Below, in pieces: positions 29,758-40,453 of a DNA stretch of 64,000 bases. How positions within the stretch are numbered: the stretch's first letter is position 1; each line of letters begins with the position of its first letter. The DNA lies in NCBI GenBank assembly GCA_014728035.1, contig WJMJ01000079.1, positions 32,001 to 96,000 on the forward strand, given 5' to 3'. The DNA is from Promethearchaeota archaeon. GTDB taxonomy: Archaea; Asgardarchaeota; Thorarchaeia; Thorarchaeales; Thorarchaeaceae. The translations under genes were made by a program, and so were the position numbers. The notes under the pieces were generated by a model. It searched no databases and had not been told where the DNA came from. It saw only the letters and a program-made list of their open reading frames with translations.

Positions 29758-30500
29758 GTCTAGAGAAATCTATGGTCGTTGCAAAAACTGATCTTAAAAT
29801 GGCTCTTGATGTACGCTATGTGAAATACAGTATGGTTATAGCTGGAGGCTTTGGTCCAGTAATGGCTATAATCATGGTAGTAGGCTCGTTGCTTTTGGGA
29901 ATTCCTGAATTATTGAGTCTCATGGTATTATATGCATCGTCGATGATTGGTCTATTTGCGATTATGCCTGCTAGTCTAATTGCTGCAAATGCTCTTGTAG
30001 GAGAAAAAGAACAGAGAACTTTGGAACCACTGCTTTGTACACCCCTTACCGATAAGGAACTACTTATGGGAAAAGTTCTTAGTTCCTTGATTCCCAGCAT
30101 GGTGATGATTATTGTAGGTACATTTGCCACCATGATTGCTGCAAATGTGACATTGTTTCTCTTGGAAAAACCATTGATGCTCATTCCCGATATAGCTGGC
30201 TTAGTACTGATATTTGGAGCTGGCCCTCCTATGGTATTAGCTGTTATTGCAGTTATGATTCTTATCAGTGGAAAAGTGACAAGAGTCTATGAAGCTTACC
30301 AAGCTAGTGGCTCAGTCATTTTGGTTTTCTTAATCCCTATGTTTCTCCCACTTGCCAGTATGCAAAATGAGATACTCGACCCTAATGCAGTATGGCTTTC
30401 GGTTTTACTGACAGTGTTGCTAGGGATTGCCCTTATGACCATCACGTGGTTAATCGCCTTTTCGAGGTTCAATAGAAACAATATGGTCCAGCTTGTGTAA
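29754..30500 (+). CDS. ABC-2 family permease
   Basis: GEKEQRTLEPLLCTP...GK; 6 TMs. Confidence 0.92.
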   Translation: MSLEKSMVVAKTDLKMALDVRYVKYSMVIAGGFGPVMAIIMVVGSLLLGIPELLSLMVLYASSMIGLFAIMPASLIAANALVGEKEQRTLEPLLCTPLTDKELLMGKVLSSLIPSMVMIIVGTFATMIAANVTLFLLEKPLMLIPDIAGLVLIFGAGPPMVLAVIAVMILISGKVTRVYEAYQASGSVILVFLIPMFLPLASMQNEILDPNAVWLSVLLTVLLGIALMTITWLIAFSRFNRNNMVQLV

Positions 30501-30504
30501 ATCT

Positions 30505-30529
30505 AGAGGGGAGCCCCTCTCCCCTTTTA
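30505..30529. terminator. GC-rich hairpin between convergent genes
   Basis: AGGGGAG...CTCCCCT followed by Ts. Confidence 0.5.
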
Positions 30530-31054
30530 TTCTTTTATTCTCCTTAAGCCGACAGGATATCTTTTGGCAAGGTCTCTATAGGTTTCCTTGAATCTTGTTA
30601 ACTCTTCCATATGTTGTTCCTTTACATCAGTGATTATTTTTGCAGGAATACCAACAGCTATCTTTCTAGCAGGAACTTCAAAATGCTGCTTAACCACTGC
30701 TCCCTCGCCTACCACAGCCCACTCGCCAATCACCGCATAGTCAGAAACAATTGCACCCATACCAATAACAGCATCATCTTTGACCGTTGCATTATGAATA
30801 ATACATCCATGTCCAAGAGTGACATTATTTCCTATTGTTGTAAGCTCATTAGGTCTTGCATGGACTACAACATTGTCTTGCACGCTAGTTCCATTTCCAA
30901 TTAGTATTTCTCCGTAATCTCCCTTTACAACAGCTCCTGGCGCAATATAACACTCTGAACCAACAGTTACTTTTCCAATTACAGATGCGGAATTGCTAAC
31001 ATAACTATTATTTCCAATATTTGGTTTTCGTCCTTCAAACTCGTATATTGTCAT
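30527..31054 (-). CDS. gamma-carbonic anhydrase family (PaaY/CaiE-like)
   Basis: Hexapeptide repeats, QDNVVVH, GHGCIIH, IGMGA. Confidence 0.93.
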   Translation of the reverse strand: MTIYEFEGRKPNIGNNSYVSNSASVIGKVTVGSECYIAPGAVVKGDYGEILIGNGTSVQDNVVVHARPNELTTIGNNVTLGHGCIIHNATVKDDAVIGMGAIVSDYAVIGEWAVVGEGAVVKQHFEVPARKIAVGIPAKIITDVKEQHMEELTRFKETYRDLAKRYPVGLRRIKE

Positions 31055-31170
31055 GTAAATTCACGTCAAAATATTGCTCATTTGACTTCAAGTATTTATC
31101 CCCCGAAATCTTAAAGATGATAATTCGCATTGTTAATCAATAAATTGACTGCAAATGGGACGTCATATCT

Positions 31171-31566
31171 ATGTCTGAAAAACAAGATGAGAATGTGTAT
31201 CCACTTTTTCCGATTCTGAAAGGGGAATCTGTGGGTGAAAGTGGAGAATTTAGTGGCAGAGTGTACATTGTCCAATCTCCTGATGAGCTTTCTACAGAAT
31301 GGGAAGCAGATCACATTGTTGTGCTACATCATGATTTAGCTAAATATCTAGATGATAATCCTGGAATCTTAGATGATCTGTTTTCCAATGTACGAGCTGT
31401 AATCGCTGAATTTGGCGAGTCAATTAGTGATTTTGCTTCATTTTCTTATGTGCGTGAAGCTATAGGGATTATCAAGGTTCAAGATGCCACACATGTACTG
31501 GAAAATGACATGCATATCCGTGTTGTTGCAGAAGAAAACATTGGCGAGATATTCTTCGTAGATTGA
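31171..31566 (+). CDS. stand-alone PEP-utilising phosphohistidine swivelling-domain-like protein, lacking the His
   Basis: G.FSGRV.IV...RAVIAEFGESISDFA...I..V.DAT.VL..D..I.V...G aligns with the PEP-utilizers mobile domain. Confidence 0.6.
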   Translation: MSEKQDENVYPLFPILKGESVGESGEFSGRVYIVQSPDELSTEWEADHIVVLHHDLAKYLDDNPGILDDLFSNVRAVIAEFGESISDFASFSYVREAIGIIKVQDATHVLENDMHIRVVAEENIGEIFFVD

Positions 31567-31658
31567 AACTGATATAGACAATCTGAAAATATATTCTAAC
31601 AATTATATTGCAACAAATCTTTATGCTTTATCACTAGTAATTTGTAAATGGGAAGGAT

Positions 31659-32654
31659 ATGACTGAAGATATTGCAGATAATTATGTACCAATTCTTTTT
31701 GATAGAATTTCAATATTGAAACGAATATTGAAGTACATAGCTATTGGGATTCCCCTTTTTTTGGGGTATGCTATCGTTCTACTATTAATTTGTGATGAGA
31801 ATCCAGTACTGTTACTTATTCATCTCTTTCTACAGGTGACTGTAGGATTCTTTGGTATTCGATATACATATACACTAGGTCGTGATACCAGGGCAACAAT
31901 TCACATACTTGATACAACTGAAATCAAATCTTCAGAATTCCAAGACTATGCGATTACCTCAGATAGTATTTCTAAGGTATTCGAGAGGTATCTATCCAAT
32001 CTTGAAAATAAACTTGAAACCGATTATGATGACTGGATGGATATAGCATGGTTTGCAGTTTTGGTTTTAGCAATGATTCAAACCTTACTTCTCGTGATTG
32101 ATGAACTCCCATTCATTTGTTTTCTACCTTCGCCTTTTCTTGGAGTATTATGTATAGGCATATTTGTAAACGGCTATAGAACTGTGGATATTACCTACAT
32201 TATAGAGGAGCTTGAATATCTGGAATATCTACTCAAGAATAAAATTGAAAGAATTATCACTTTAAGCTCTGGTTTGGAATTTCAAGTATATGCGATTGTA
32301 GAGACAAATTACAATCTATTGCATGATTTAAAGATAGAAATTTCACCTGACAGAGAATCTCTGAAGGTCACTTATTACGTTGGCTTGCCAAAAGAGCATT
32401 TAGAACGAATTCAAATCCAAACTAGTAGCTTAGAACTCGTTGACTACTTGCAGAATATAGACCTGTCAAACACCCCTTCTTGGAAAATCAATACAGCAAC
32501 CTCTACTGAAGAAATGAGTGTCATTTTTACCAATAATGTGAATAGTATTGATATCACTCAAAGCTCAACATATGTAAAAAGCCCAAGTTCACTAACAGAC
32601 GATCTTCAGGAACTCGGTGAAATCGTGAAAAGTATCCTTGAACTGATCCGATAA
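31659..32654 (+). CDS. hypothetical membrane protein (4 TM)
   Basis: 331-aa ORF with two hydrophobic hairpins. Confidence 0.7.
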   Translation: MTEDIADNYVPILFDRISILKRILKYIAIGIPLFLGYAIVLLLICDENPVLLLIHLFLQVTVGFFGIRYTYTLGRDTRATIHILDTTEIKSSEFQDYAITSDSISKVFERYLSNLENKLETDYDDWMDIAWFAVLVLAMIQTLLLVIDELPFICFLPSPFLGVLCIGIFVNGYRTVDITYIIEELEYLEYLLKNKIERIITLSSGLEFQVYAIVETNYNLLHDLKIEISPDRESLKVTYYVGLPKEHLERIQIQTSSLELVDYLQNIDLSNTPSWKINTATSTEEMSVIFTNNVNSIDITQSSTYVKSPSSLTDDLQELGEIVKSILELIR

Positions 32655-32758
32655 ACGATATGCATAAGTGTTGTATTGATATTGTTGCAACTAGAGAGAA
32701 TATCTGGTTTGATAAATTGAATTATGTTATCAATTAGATTGGTGATGGGCTGGACATT

Positions 32759-34081
32759 ATGAAGATACGACTCAAAATTGATACTCAATGGATTCAACTG
32801 GAAGAAAAGAGTATGGATCGGATTCGCAAATCATATGAGTCATGGGAGTCAGAAACCTTACGAAAAGCTCGTGATGCAAAAGATTTGAGGGGTCTTAGAG
32901 AAATATTCTACCAGCTCGGAGACCGTTGGGAGTGGGACCAAGCAACTGGAGCTTGGTTATCTAGCGGAGAACCGTTGGATGCTGTTGGTCTTATTCTTAG
33001 TATGCCTGGTTTAGACGATGGAAAAGAGCGTTATGTAATCTATACTGTCATGGCATACAGTAAGGGTCTCACTCAGAAGTTTGACCACCTTGGTGATAAA
33101 GAACGAGTCATAGTTGAGATAGATAAAAAAACTGGGGATATGATTTGTTGGTCCACAACAGGTCATGGAGCAATGGACCTATTTCCAACCAGCCTAAACG
33201 CGTTCAAAGACTTTCAAGATGTATTGAATTCCTGTGATTTGGTAGCACAACCTGGAGACCATGCATTGAGACTTGAAATTCCAAAAGGAAAAAGAGAATT
33301 CCCGTACCTCATCGAGATACTCTGGGAAATGGCGGTTGGCCGTAGGGATTTCATTCACAAAGAAATTGATTTGTTGACAAACTCCGATATCGAAAACAAT
33401 CTTGATTTTAACTTTCACAGATATACAAAAGCAGTAATCCGTCTTGAACGTGCTTGGAAAGATTTGAAACAAAATCTTCTCGAGTCCGCTAAAGAAGCAG
33501 TTGTTGATGAGATCACTCCAAAAATAGAGAAACAAAACAAGCAATCACTAAGAATTATTGAAGGCCTCCTCCATATCCTTTGGTTCAGACCTCCTGCATC
33601 TCAGTTAAAATCTGTTAAGAAAGCACTTGAAACTTTGTCTAATGTTTCACACCCGACATCTGTTGAACAAACCTTGGTTGAGTGTTTGGGTGAACTTTCT
33701 GTTGCACTGAACGATGTGCTTGAGAGAGCTGAATATTTGAAGTGGAAAAGTGTAATTGATAAGAAAGGATATTCTGAAGCTGATGTATTTCAAAATCTTG
33801 CACTTTCTGAACTAGCAAAAGAAGCCCTAGCTGTGGCATTGGACGACATACTCAGGGAACATACTCTTTCGTATATCGGATATCCCGAACGAGCTACTAT
33901 TAAGAAAAAAATCATGAGAATTTTGTTTGGCACCGCTGTACTACCATTACGACTACTGTCAACATTTTGGGAACGACTCAAACTTCGTTTTCCTTTCCAA
34001 AAGAGTACTGATACTTCAGAAACCAGTAATTCTGATACTGAGATGCATATTGATGAATCAACTGATGAGTTTTCTTCATGA
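32759..34081 (+). CDS. hypothetical protein, N-half with Vps62/NPP1-like motifs
   Basis: DHLGDKERVIV, TTGHG, PGDHAL; helical C-half. Confidence 0.6.
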   Translation: MKIRLKIDTQWIQLEEKSMDRIRKSYESWESETLRKARDAKDLRGLREIFYQLGDRWEWDQATGAWLSSGEPLDAVGLILSMPGLDDGKERYVIYTVMAYSKGLTQKFDHLGDKERVIVEIDKKTGDMICWSTTGHGAMDLFPTSLNAFKDFQDVLNSCDLVAQPGDHALRLEIPKGKREFPYLIEILWEMAVGRRDFIHKEIDLLTNSDIENNLDFNFHRYTKAVIRLERAWKDLKQNLLESAKEAVVDEITPKIEKQNKQSLRIIEGLLHILWFRPPASQLKSVKKALETLSNVSHPTSVEQTLVECLGELSVALNDVLERAEYLKWKSVIDKKGYSEADVFQNLALSELAKEALAVALDDILREHTLSYIGYPERATIKKKIMRILFGTAVLPLRLLSTFWERLKLRFPFQKSTDTSETSNSDTEMHIDESTDEFSS

Positions 34082-34139
34082 AATATATACCCACCATTAT
34101 ATAATATAGGCATTTCACGAGAATTTCTCTGGGATCAAA

Positions 34140-34967
34140 ATGAATGCGGATATTCGAGATGAACTAATCGAAACTCTCGATACCGCCCTTGCGCACACTC
34201 GCTATCTTGAAGAAGAAGGTGAAAGATACGAGGCTGTATTGTATTCTGGTATTGGAAGAACTATTGAGGCAATTATCAGACTAATAACAGTCCCAGATGC
34301 GGTAAGGGATCATTACGAAGGTGATGAACTAGGTATTGAGGAAATTGTTTCTGAAGGTGAGGTCTCTGTAGCAAGTGATGAAGTTGTTACTACTGATACA
34401 GTAACCGATGAAGTTGAGACTCAGGTGATTCCACAAGAGGAATGTGCACCTGAACGAAAGAATATTACTTCACGTGTAGTACCAGAACCAGGCAATGGAC
34501 TTCCTTCACAAAGAATAGCTCAAGAAACACTTGTGGGTCCTGATGGGGCTGAGCTCCAAAGGGAAACGCTGACATATCTTGGAAAGATAGAGTGGTCTGG
34601 TAAATGGCTAGCTACAAAAGGTGAAAAATTTGTTATTACTACCTCGACGACATTTACTGATGAAGCTGGTTTAGAAACTAGATTTGAGCTTCGCAGATAT
34701 AATTCCGAGGAAGCACTAAGATCCGATACGGGCCATATACTACCTATTACCGGAGATATGCCACCGTACTGGGATGAAGATACTGGTCTTTGGGCACTAG
34801 TGATAACATCCGGTGATGAATCACAGCTCGAATGGATGAAAGACGTGGACATAATTCGAGGTAATATTAATCATGCTATGCGTCTATTCTATCGAGCAAC
34901 TAGAATCTTCTCAATGAAGCGGCTATGTGGCGAACATGTAGAGGCTTCGTTCCCTGATAAGCACTAG
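34140..34967 (+). CDS. hypothetical acidic protein
   Basis: 275-aa ORF with a low-complexity acidic linker. Confidence 0.7.
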   Translation: MNADIRDELIETLDTALAHTRYLEEEGERYEAVLYSGIGRTIEAIIRLITVPDAVRDHYEGDELGIEEIVSEGEVSVASDEVVTTDTVTDEVETQVIPQEECAPERKNITSRVVPEPGNGLPSQRIAQETLVGPDGAELQRETLTYLGKIEWSGKWLATKGEKFVITTSTTFTDEAGLETRFELRRYNSEEALRSDTGHILPITGDMPPYWDEDTGLWALVITSGDESQLEWMKDVDIIRGNINHAMRLFYRATRIFSMKRLCGEHVEASFPDKH

Positions 34968-35698
34968 TTTAGACCAAGAACTGGTAAGAGATCCCGTGGA
35001 GAATTTATGACAATAGTTCCTTCTGGGGCTTTGTCTTTCTCCTCTGGATTTGCCCATGTGACAAGAATTGGAATCATCCCTGCACGGATTGATGCTTTTA
35101 CATCAACGTCTACGTAATTACCTACAAATGCACATAACTTTGGATTTACTTTTAGGATGTCTGCAGCTTGCAATAGTGTAAATGGATTTGGTTTGGCATA
35201 TCCCTTCACACCACTCCATGTTACAGCATCAATCAGATGAAGGACGTTAGAACGTTTCAGAAACGAAGTGGGATTATCATGCCTTCTTGTGCATATGCCA
35301 ATCGCATAACCTTCTTTGTGTAATATCTCCAGAGTTTCTTTTGCATCTTCAGTCAACATTTCATAATCCGTTTCTCTGGTTTCGTATTTGAATCTCTTTT
35401 CAAGGTTGATAATGATGTCTTTTTCAATCTTGGTAAATCCAAGTTCTTTGAATATGATTCTGTCTGCTTCTATCCAATCAGATGGCTCATGACCCCAATG
35501 TGGTTCAACATTTTCCCGGATGCAGTATTCAGAAAGCCAATTATCTGACTTTCTGAACGCGTCCTTAATCTCCTTATCGGTTATTCCTTCAAGGTTTATA
35601 CCAACAGAAATTGCTATTTCTTTAAACACGGCTAAAGCTGACTTTTTAGTACGAGTGATAGTGTGGTGTAAATCAAAGATAATCGCTTTGACGTTCAT
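34964..35698 (-). CDS. HAD-IA family hydrolase
   Basis: IIFDLHHT, KPNP, FVGN...DV...AGM. Confidence 0.85.
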   Translation of the reverse strand: MNVKAIIFDLHHTITRTKKSALAVFKEIAISVGINLEGITDKEIKDAFRKSDNWLSEYCIRENVEPHWGHEPSDWIEADRIIFKELGFTKIEKDIIINLEKRFKYETRETDYEMLTEDAKETLEILHKEGYAIGICTRRHDNPTSFLKRSNVLHLIDAVTWSGVKGYAKPNPFTLLQAADILKVNPKLCAFVGNYVDVDVKASIRAGMIPILVTWANPEEKDKAPEGTIVINSPRDLLPVLGLN

Positions 35699-35815
35699 GT
35701 TCTTTTCAATTCCTCGCGTGTTTAGTTAATTAGGCAAACTTAGGTTATAGGTAGATATCGCACTCGATAAGTAATTATTGTAATGATTTGTAAGTCACCA
35801 AGAGGTTCTCATCAT

Positions 35816-37003
35816 ATGAAGCGAATCGGGATAGTTGGCAATGGTATTGCTGCAATTACAGCAATCCGCGAAATAAGAAAAATAGGAAACGATATTGCAA
35901 TTGATGTCTTCACCGATGAGAAATATCCCTATTACCCGAGACCCAAACTAATTGACATAGTAAGTGGGAGTATTTCAGAAAGTGATATCATTCAATTTGA
36001 TCTCAAATGGTATAATGAAAATAACGTAAATCTTCATCTTTCAGAACCAGTGACTGAAATTATTCCTGATTCTAAGACAATTCTCACAGCATCTGATACT
36101 TACTTCAACTATCATAAGATATTGTTAGCAAATGGTAGCCACCCGTTTGTCCCTCCTATTCATGGGGTTGAAAAGAAGAGAGTTCATGTTCTACGGACAT
36201 TAGATGATGCTATTTCTGTTAGAGCTGATGTCAAAGGTGCAGGCCGGGAGATAATTGTGGGTGGTGGTATCCTTGGAATTGAATTAGCTGCTGCCATGAA
36301 AGAGCTTGGTGGCTCACCAATAGTTATTAGTAATATCCATCAATTATTACCTGCACAACTTGATGCAGGTGCAAGCGATTTTCTGATACATCGTTTAGAG
36401 GATATGGGTATCTCCATCTATCTTGGTTTCATGTGTCGTGAGATTTCAGGTGCAGATCAGGCAACTGGTGTTGTTTCAACAACTGGTGATAAAATCAAGG
36501 GAGATAATGTAGTAATTGCTACTGGAGTGAGACCCAATACTTCACTAGCAAGTGAATCGGGAATTAAAGTTAACCTGGGAGTTATTGTGGATCAGTATAT
36601 GCAGACATCAGTGCGCGACATCTACGCTGCAGGAGATTGTACTGAATGGAATGGTGTTTGTTGGGGTATCATTCCCGTTGCATTGGAAACTGCTAGATGT
36701 GCAGCAAAAAACATTGTTGACCATGGATCTGCTCACTACGCAGGTACTACTCCCTCTAACACATTGAAGGTCGCAGGTATTGAGTTGACCTCTATTGGAT
36801 TGTTTAATGTAAGGTCTCCAGAATATCGTTCTATTGTAAGCGCAAATGATGATAGTGGTACATATTTCAAAGCTGTACTAAAGGATGATGTCTTTGTAGG
36901 AGGAATAGCCTTAGGTGATAGAAAAGTGGCAATGAATATGCGGAGAGCGATTGCTAACAAAACAATCATATCAGATCCAAACCGCGAATTGTTTGAGCAG
37001 TGA
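35816..37003 (+). CDS. NAD(P)H:FAD oxidoreductase (NirB N-terminal/rubredoxin reductase-like)
   Basis: IVGNGIA, YPYYPRP, GGGILGIE, ATGVRPN, YAAGDC, TLKVAGI. Confidence 0.9.
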   Translation: MKRIGIVGNGIAAITAIREIRKIGNDIAIDVFTDEKYPYYPRPKLIDIVSGSISESDIIQFDLKWYNENNVNLHLSEPVTEIIPDSKTILTASDTYFNYHKILLANGSHPFVPPIHGVEKKRVHVLRTLDDAISVRADVKGAGREIIVGGGILGIELAAAMKELGGSPIVISNIHQLLPAQLDAGASDFLIHRLEDMGISIYLGFMCREISGADQATGVVSTTGDKIKGDNVVIATGVRPNTSLASESGIKVNLGVIVDQYMQTSVRDIYAAGDCTEWNGVCWGIIPVALETARCAAKNIVDHGSAHYAGTTPSNTLKVAGIELTSIGLFNVRSPEYRSIVSANDDSGTYFKAVLKDDVFVGGIALGDRKVAMNMRRAIANKTIISDPNRELFEQ

Positions 37004-37004
37004 A

Positions 37005-38300
37005 TTATTCTGAAATCTCCAAAAGAGGTTGACGTCCTTTGCCTTGAGGGATTAATGTGATTACACGATCTACTGACTGTTTTAATTCCTCCATATGGGT
37101 AACCACAATAACTTGATTGATAGAGTCCAATCCTTGGACTGCATCTGGTAGCCATCTTCTTCTGTGAGAATCCAATCCTGCTCCGGGCTCATCCAGAATC
37201 AATAGTCCTGGTGGTGGACTTGCAATGGAGTGTTTCTGTAGTGCAGTATTCATTCCAACCCGCAGTGCAAAATTCACACATACATCTTCTCCACCTGAAG
37301 CTGCCATTAGGGATACTTTGTTACCTTTGAGGTCGAAGAGCGACACATCATAATCATCATCTATGACAAGATCACTGTACTTATCACCAAAGATTTCTTT
37401 GAATATGGTCCGAGCCTCCTGCCTTATGTGTGGTCGTAATTGAACCTCTGCAATATCTGGTATTGTTTGCAATATTCTCTGAAGCTGCTTTGATATTTTC
37501 ATATCATGTGAAATCTCATCAGGCCTATCTGTAATGTTGGGTTTTCCCAGTTCAGAATCAATATCCTCTACTGACATTCTAACTTTTTCCAATATGGTTT
37601 CTATAGATGAAACATCGAAATCTGGAACATCTTGGTTTATTCTTTTGATTGTACTTCTAGCTGCCTGTATTTCGTCATCAGATGGAAGAAGCGATTTTAT
37701 GCTTTGGAGATTCTTTCTTGCTTCCTTGATGGCTTGAAGTTCTTTTCTTAAAGCTTTGAATAGTTTCTTTGTTTTTCCAGTGGTAGTGTTGTATATACCC
37801 AGACCCATCATGTTGTATAGATTAGCTCTTCTTTTACTAGGGGTCGAACGTGAAAGACTGTCTATTTCTCCTTGTCTTACATATGTCAATGCTGAAAAAG
37901 CATGGCGGTCCATTCCAAGAATTTTCTCTATCTCTTCATTTACTTTTCTGGGAGTGCTTTCAATTGGTGCGTGATCTGGCTCAAGTCGGAGTTCGGCTGT
38001 CGTTCTTCCATGATATATATTCCTAATAACTGAATATTCTCTCTGATTCACTGGGGCTATAAATGTGAGTTTGACCTTGCTTTTTCTTTGGCGGTGTTTT
38101 ATCAGATCGTCAACTTTTCTAATTGTCTTGTCTTTTCTTGTTATCCTCTTGAATAAAGCGAATTCAATTGCTTCAAGAATAGTTGTTTTCCCTGAACCAT
38201 TTGGTCCCACGATAGCAAGAGAGCCTTTGTCAAACTCAAATAGTTGATCAGCAAACACTTTGAAATTTTTTAGTTCAAGCGATTTTAACATTTCATTCAC
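37005..38300 (-). CDS. rad50: Rad50/SbcC-like ABC ATPase with very short coiled coil and no zinc hook
   Basis: NFK, GPNGSGKT, RQGEI, ASGGE, LLILDEP, VVTH; only 431 aa; overlaps the mre11 stop. Confidence 0.8.
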   Translation of the reverse strand: MNEMLKSLELKNFKVFADQLFEFDKGSLAIVGPNGSGKTTILEAIEFALFKRITRKDKTIRKVDDLIKHRQRKSKVKLTFIAPVNQREYSVIRNIYHGRTTAELRLEPDHAPIESTPRKVNEEIEKILGMDRHAFSALTYVRQGEIDSLSRSTPSKRRANLYNMMGLGIYNTTTGKTKKLFKALRKELQAIKEARKNLQSIKSLLPSDDEIQAARSTIKRINQDVPDFDVSSIETILEKVRMSVEDIDSELGKPNITDRPDEISHDMKISKQLQRILQTIPDIAEVQLRPHIRQEARTIFKEIFGDKYSDLVIDDDYDVSLFDLKGNKVSLMAASGGEDVCVNFALRVGMNTALQKHSIASPPPGLLILDEPGAGLDSHRRRWLPDAVQGLDSINQVIVVTHMEELKQSVDRVITLIPQGKGRQPLLEISE

Positions 38301-39364
38301 TCTCCCGTGATACGACCGACCAAATCTAAAAGATCATCAAGACCTTCTTCATCAGTCTGTTCAATATAATCTCTGATACTCGCTTCGATATTGAGTGGTT
38401 GTTTGAGTTTGATTTCTCTTGGTCCATAACATATCCAGTTTGGCTCCACATGCACAAAAAGTGAATTAAGCTGATTTTCCGCATGTTGAAGAATTTTTAT
38501 TCTATCAAGACCATTTTCGGTTTCGGAATCTATTATTCCGTCAACTCTAACAATTACAATAGCTCCATCTTTTTTCGGTGATAATTTCGAAATCATTCCC
38601 TGTAAGTATGAATTAGCCTCATCAGGTCCCATTCCAGTGATTTTTGCTTGTGGAAACTTGAACTCTCTAACATCATTGAGATTTTCAGTTGAGTATTCAT
38701 TTCCTTGAGAATCACTGTCAACTACAATGAGTTTCTTTTTACCGCCAACTTCCTTACTCCAATTAACATAACATGTTGAACCGGGTCGTCCAATATCATA
38801 TTCCTCATCTAACCAAAAACTATGTGCATGTCCACAACCATAGTAGTTGAAATGGATTGGTAATCGTTCCTTCTTTACTGGGATGTGATGAGCAAAAAGA
38901 AAAGCGGGGTCAGTCTGTGGAACAATTGAATTCAGCTTTCTCTCGAATAATTTGTCGCGCGTCCAAGAAAAAAGATGAACCTCAATTTTCCTTCCATCGA
39001 TATCAATTTTATGTGCTTTATAGTGATCATTTCCTGTTGACTTCACAACACCAGCTGATTCCAGTGCAGAAATTGGGCTTTGGATGTGACGATAGCCATA
39101 AGGAATATCATGATTCCCATGAACTAGGAACACTTCTACCTTATCTTGTATACTCTTGAAAAGGTCCATTGCAAAAGTCAAATCTTCCATGGATGGCAGT
39201 GGATTTTCAAAAAGGTCTCCTGTATGAACTAAAATATCGGGAGACTTTCGCATAGCCATGTCAATAGCTTTCTTTAGACATTGCCTAACATCATCCTTAC
39301 GTTCTACCAATTGAAAAAGTGTTTTTCCTAGATGCGAATCCGAGATATGTGCAATACGGACCAT
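38297..39364 (-). CDS. mre11: Mre11/SbcD metallophosphoesterase nuclease
   Basis: HISDSHLG, HTGDLF, GNHD, AHH, GHAH, PGS. Confidence 0.9.
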   Translation of the reverse strand: MVRIAHISDSHLGKTLFQLVERKDDVRQCLKKAIDMAMRKSPDILVHTGDLFENPLPSMEDLTFAMDLFKSIQDKVEVFLVHGNHDIPYGYRHIQSPISALESAGVVKSTGNDHYKAHKIDIDGRKIEVHLFSWTRDKLFERKLNSIVPQTDPAFLFAHHIPVKKERLPIHFNYYGCGHAHSFWLDEEYDIGRPGSTCYVNWSKEVGGKKKLIVVDSDSQGNEYSTENLNDVREFKFPQAKITGMGPDEANSYLQGMISKLSPKKDGAIVIVRVDGIIDSETENGLDRIKILQHAENQLNSLFVHVEPNWICYGPREIKLKQPLNIEASIRDYIEQTDEEGLDDLLDLVGRITGE

Positions 39365-39523
39365 TACCACAACTCCAATGGATAGTTCTAGTATTTCATG
39401 AACTACCCTCAATCACTCTAAGTTTCTCTAACCGATATATCAATGCTATTGTGATGTGTTTTTACTCCAATTGATTGGAGTTTATATAATTGGAACAGAC
39501 ATAACTTGTGACTACTTTATCTG

Positions 39524-40450
39524 GTGAATGTGATGACCAGTTTAACTAATACTCAAGTCGAAGAGGAAAAACAACAAAAACCAGTGCTATCAAGACTAGG
39601 ATTATTGTGGCTCGCCTTATTGATGCTCTCAATTGGAACAATATGGCGGATTGTTGACATCTTTGTTTTAAATCTAGGCGAAACCCCGATGAATATCTTG
39701 CCATCCAAATTAGGACCTTTGTTGGTCATATTACTGGTCTTTTGGAAATTCCGTCCCACCGAGATTAAATCTATTTTGGGCCTCTCACAGGAAGATTACC
39801 GTGTTCAGATCACAGTTGGAATCTTAATGGGCTTCACAGTGATATTTTCAATGGTTTTTCTTGCGCCTATTTTGTACAATATCTTTGTTGACCCAACATA
39901 TCCCCTCACAATTAATATAATTCATGCAGACCTACTCTGGTATATGCTATTTTTCTTCTTTGTGAATGCAGTATTTGAAGAGATTCTCTTTCGTGGACTT
40001 CTTCAGAATGCTCTGAACACAAAATTAGACTTCAAATATGCATTATTCATCCAAGCAGCAATATTTGGCATATGGCATGCTACCTGGCCATTGATTAACG
40101 GACCAACTAGCAGCACCTTCATTCAAGAAGCGATTTCTGTTGTTGTGCTATCCGGCATCCTTGGAGCTTTCTTTGGATTGTATTATGAGAAGTTTTCACA
40201 TAGAAGAACACTAATTGGAACAATTACAGCACATACTATCTTTAACTTCATGAATGAGTGTTTCAAAGTTGGTCCCTCTCCAACTGTTCAAGGACCTGAT
40301 TTTTCATTTACAGAACCTGGTCTGATGGTAATTTCTTTGTTGCTGTTCGCTATAACTTTTGGTTCTATGATAGTCCTAGCTCTTAAATACCAGATAGAGG
40401 ATGTGTCGAATCTAAGAAGAAAAGTAGATTCTCTTCTCAGGAGGAACTAA
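39524..40450 (+). CDS. CPBP (Abi/CAAX) intramembrane protease
   Basis: EEILFRG, FGIWH, AHTIFN. Confidence 0.9.
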   Translation: MNVMTSLTNTQVEEEKQQKPVLSRLGLLWLALLMLSIGTIWRIVDIFVLNLGETPMNILPSKLGPLLVILLVFWKFRPTEIKSILGLSQEDYRVQITVGILMGFTVIFSMVFLAPILYNIFVDPTYPLTINIIHADLLWYMLFFFFVNAVFEEILFRGLLQNALNTKLDFKYALFIQAAIFGIWHATWPLINGPTSSTFIQEAISVVVLSGILGAFFGLYYEKFSHRRTLIGTITAHTIFNFMNECFKVGPSPTVQGPDFSFTEPGLMVISLLLFAITFGSMIVLALKYQIEDVSNLRRKVDSLLRRN

Positions 40451-40453
40451 AAA

